Below are positions 60,308-64,000 of a DNA stretch of 64,000 bases, piece by piece. Made by a program: the position numbers and the translations under genes. The DNA is taken from NCBI GenBank assembly GCA_964016885.1, contig OZ024742.1:372001-436000 (forward strand), written 5' to 3'. Within the stretch, counting starts at the first letter, position 1; every line of letters starts with the position of its first letter. The notes under the pieces are model-generated. The model was not told the origin of the DNA. It saw only the letters and a list, made by a program, of their open reading frames with translations, and did no database searches. Source of the stretch: Eledone cirrhosa (Eukaryota).

Positions 60308-62379
60308 GAGAATGTCTGTCTGTCAGCTCACTAAAACTTGAAAACCACCCAACCGATTGTTTTCAAACTTTACACATGTAATACTTATGGTCCTGTGAGT
60401 GTTTTGAGCAAAATATATTTCAAATTTTCAATGCCCTAGGGACCGCATTAGGCGATTTAGCGATCTCTCTCTATAATTCTTAGTCTTTCTTTTTAGATAG
60501 ATACATAGATATAACGTTGCCCCCTTATAATATCTGTCTGTATGTCTGGCTGTCTGCATTGTGTGTGTGTATATATATGTATCGTAATGCAGACAGCAAG
60601 ACATATAGCTTTCCTTCCCCTCTTCCAGCGTCTCTCTCTCTCCCGCTATCCCCCTCTTTTAGTCTGTCTGTTTCTTTCACTCTCACTCTTTCTCTTTATA
60701 ACTCACTCACAGTAAAACTAAAGGGTTAAGGTTTTGTTCTAAAAATAAATAATATTAAATCTATGAGATTTTTATCTTATGTGAGATAAAGCCTTTACCA
60801 TGAAAATAATATAGTTTATATAGAGTAATGTAAATGCTAAAGGAGTAATTCCATCAGACCATGTGAGAGAGTTTATAATCACTCACGCACACATACACAC
60901 TCACGCATGCAAACACACACAAACTCACGCACACGCACGCACGTACACACAATAGTTATTCCATAGTCATGTATCTTTGACGCATACAACTCTCAAAAGA
61001 CGGCGTCTGTCACTCTCACTCTATCCCCCTCTTTTCGTCTGTCTGTGTTTCTTTCACTCTCTTTCTCTCTGTAATTCGTTCACATTTCTCCCCTCTATCG
61101 AAAAACGCTGTGACGAATGGGGAGGAGGAGGAGTAGAGAGCCACTTCTTCACTTCGCCTCTCCGTTTCTTTCTCTCCCCTCTCACTCCCTCATTATGTAC
61201 AGACATTGGCCACTTCACTAATTCGATCCCTAGGTCAGAATAATTTGAAATTTTTTTTTGCTCAAAACACTTCCGGGGCCATACGGGTTACATGTGTAGA
61301 GTTTGAAAAAAAACGGTTGGGTACTTCTCGAGTTTTAGGGAAACAGACACACATCCTCTGTTTTATATATATAGACTAGCAGAATGGCCCGGCGTTGCTC
61401 GGGATTTGCTATAGGGTTCTTATATATTTGATATATATTTATCCTTATCGAACCTCGTGAAATAAATACGTTTGTTTATATTTTGTTATTGTATATGCAA
61501 AAATATCTGTCCATAAATATATAATTATATATATATATATATTAAAATAACAGACTAAAATTTAAGCAAAGAATCACTGCTTTCACCCTTAACGGGATAT
61601 TCTACCTAAAAGCAGTATGAAGTACATACACTAAGACTAATTGATGTAATCTTTGGCCTTGTTTGTTTATATTTTGTTTCTGTGTATGCAAAAATATCTG
61701 TACACGAATATCTATATTAAAATAACATATTAATGTTTAAGCAAAGAATCGCTGCTTTCAACCTTAACGGGATCTTCTTAAACTAAAAAAAATCAATCTG
61801 GAAAACAGGAAGACGATACTTTGGTTCGTGAAGACGTTCCCTGGCATAAGAATATATACACACACACACAGATCGCGTCATAATGACGTAATGCAGACAG
61901 TCAGGCATACAGACAGATATTATGAAGGCGCCACGTCATATCTATGTATCTATCTAAAAAGAGAAAGACTAAGAGAAAGAGAAAGAGATCGCTAACTCAT
62001 AAGGGAAGCAGACGACATATACACATGTATATAAATATATATAATAATAATAATAATATATATATATATATATATAAGGATTTACAGAAACCCAAGAAGC
62101 TAGATATACCATCTCTCTAGTGGGTCCGGGTATGCTTTTTACATTCATTTGTTTTATTGATTTATTGATAATTTATCTGAGTGTCCCGAATCTTCCATAT
62201 CGCAATTTTTCGGTTGTTTGGTTGATTGTAGACATATTCTACGTGTGACGGTATTTTAACGATAGTTATAGCTCTGATTTATTTGAATTATAGAGCCCTC
62301 TGCCGCTCATCTCGAATTTTGTTTATCGTGAACTCGTGCGCCGATTTTTCGATACTCGATTATTCTACTATATATATAT

Positions 62380-62417
<38 letters not shown>

Positions 62418-63098
62418 GTGTATACAGATACAGACGCATATACAAACTCACACACGCATATGTGCACATACACACACTCACATGTTAATAGATTTTACTC
62501 TTATTTGAACGCTCACACACGCACACATGTTAATAGTTATATGTCATGTATCTTTGACAGTATCAAAAGACAGTGTCTTTCACTCTCTCTCCCGCTATCC
62601 CCCTCTTGTAGTCTGTCTCTTTCTTTCACTCTCTTTCTCTCTTTGTAACTTACATTCTATCGAAAAACGCTGTGACGAATGGGAGAAGGAGGAAGAGGAG
62701 AAAAAAGCCACTTCGTCACTTCGCCTCACCGTTTCTTTCTCTCCCCTCTCACTCCCTCATTATGTTGAGACATTGGTCACTTCACTAATTCTATCCCTAG
62801 GACAGAATAATTTGAAATTTCTTTTTGCTCAAAACACTTCCGGGGTCATATTTATTACACGTGTAAAGTTTGAAAAAAACCGTTGGGTACTTTTCGAGTT
62901 TTAGGGAAACAGACACACAGAGATCCTCTGTTTTATATATATAGATCACTAGCAGAATGGCCCGGCGTTGCTCGGGATTTGCTCTAGGGTTCTTATATAT
63001 TTGATATATATTTATCCTTATCGAGCCTCGTGAAATAAATACGTTTGTTTATATTTTGTTATTGTGTATGCAAAAATATCTGTACACGAATATATAAT

Positions 63099-63151
<53 letters not shown>

Positions 63152-63898
63152 CAGATTAAAGTTTAGGCAAAGAATCACTGCTTTCACACTTAACGGGATC
63201 TTCTGAAACTAAAAAAAATCAATCTGTGAACGCAGAAAATGAATCGCTGCTTTTACCCTTAACGGAATCTACCTAAAAGCAGTATGAAGTATACTAAGAC
63301 TAACTGATGTAATCGTTGGCCTTGTTTGTTTATATTTTGTTTTTGTGTATGCAAAAATATCTGTACACGAATATCTATATTAAAATAATATATTAATGTT
63401 TAAGCAAAGAATCGCTGCTTTCACCCTTAACGGGATCTTCTGAAACTAAAAAAAAATCAATCTGTGAACGCAGATGTAAATATTTCGAAAAACGTTGCAA
63501 CAGAAGGAAAACAGGAAGACGATACTTTGGTTCGTGAAGACGCTCCCTGTATATATATATATATACACACACACACTATATATATATATATATATACACA
63601 CACTGATCGTGTCATAATGTCGTAATGCAGACAGCCAGGCATACAGACATATTATGAAGGCGCGACGTCATATCTATGTATCTATCTAAAAAGAGAAAGA
63701 CTAAAAGAAAGAGAAAGAGATCGCTAAATCGCCTAATACGGTCCCTAGGACAGAATAATTTGAAATTTTTTTTTTGCTCAAAACGCTTCCGGGGCCATAC
63801 GGGTTACATGTCTAAAGTTTGAAAAAAACGGTTGGGTACTTCTCGAGTTTTAGGAAAACAGACACACAGACAGACATCCTTTGTTTTATATATATAGA
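60127..63898 (-). mobile_element. Tandem non-autonomous Helitrons (60127-61375, 61376-62945, 62949-63898)
   Basis: minus strand 5' TC-TATATATATAAAA and 3' hairpin CCCGAGCAACGCCGGG followed shortly by CTAG; internal blocks shared; opposite-orientation 5' part at ~60285-60570. Confidence 0.78.
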
Positions 63899-64000
63899 CT
63901 AGCAGAAAGCCACCCGGTGGGCGGTTTTCTGCTAGCAAATCTAGTGTATATACTGATATTGTTGAGATTTGGATGAGAAATGTTTTCGGCACCACATGTT

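Overview
Eukaryotic, repeat-saturated, AT-rich window with no recognisable host protein-coding gene. The SINE and LINE repertoire resembles coleoid cephalopod (octopus-like) genomes; this is an inference. Contents: (i) a dense cluster of 5'-truncated RTE-clade LINEs of three families (A, B, C) with a PHD-like Cys/His finger inside the RT and (GAT)n tails; (ii) a near-intact full-length CR1-group LINE; (iii) Penelope-like element (PLE) fragments, one with an intact minimal hammerhead ribozyme; (iv) tRNA-derived SINEs, MITE-like foldbacks and a tandem Helitron cluster; (v) very long (TA)n-derived tracts and several satellites. The standout is a 310-bp near-identical tandem array (44236-47177) plus an inverted diverged monomer (47692-48023). 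Every complete unit carries a type I hammerhead motif inside a long stem, making it a candidate non-LTR retrozyme / circRNA system. Also notable: PLE foldbacks centred next to hammerhead stem II, a ~4.7 kb satellite made from a SINE 5' head, a chimeric SINE, and a candidate -1 programmed frameshift in the CR1 element. Most long ORFs in the supplied track are microsatellite artefacts. All calls were made by eye and coordinates of degenerate elements are approximate.
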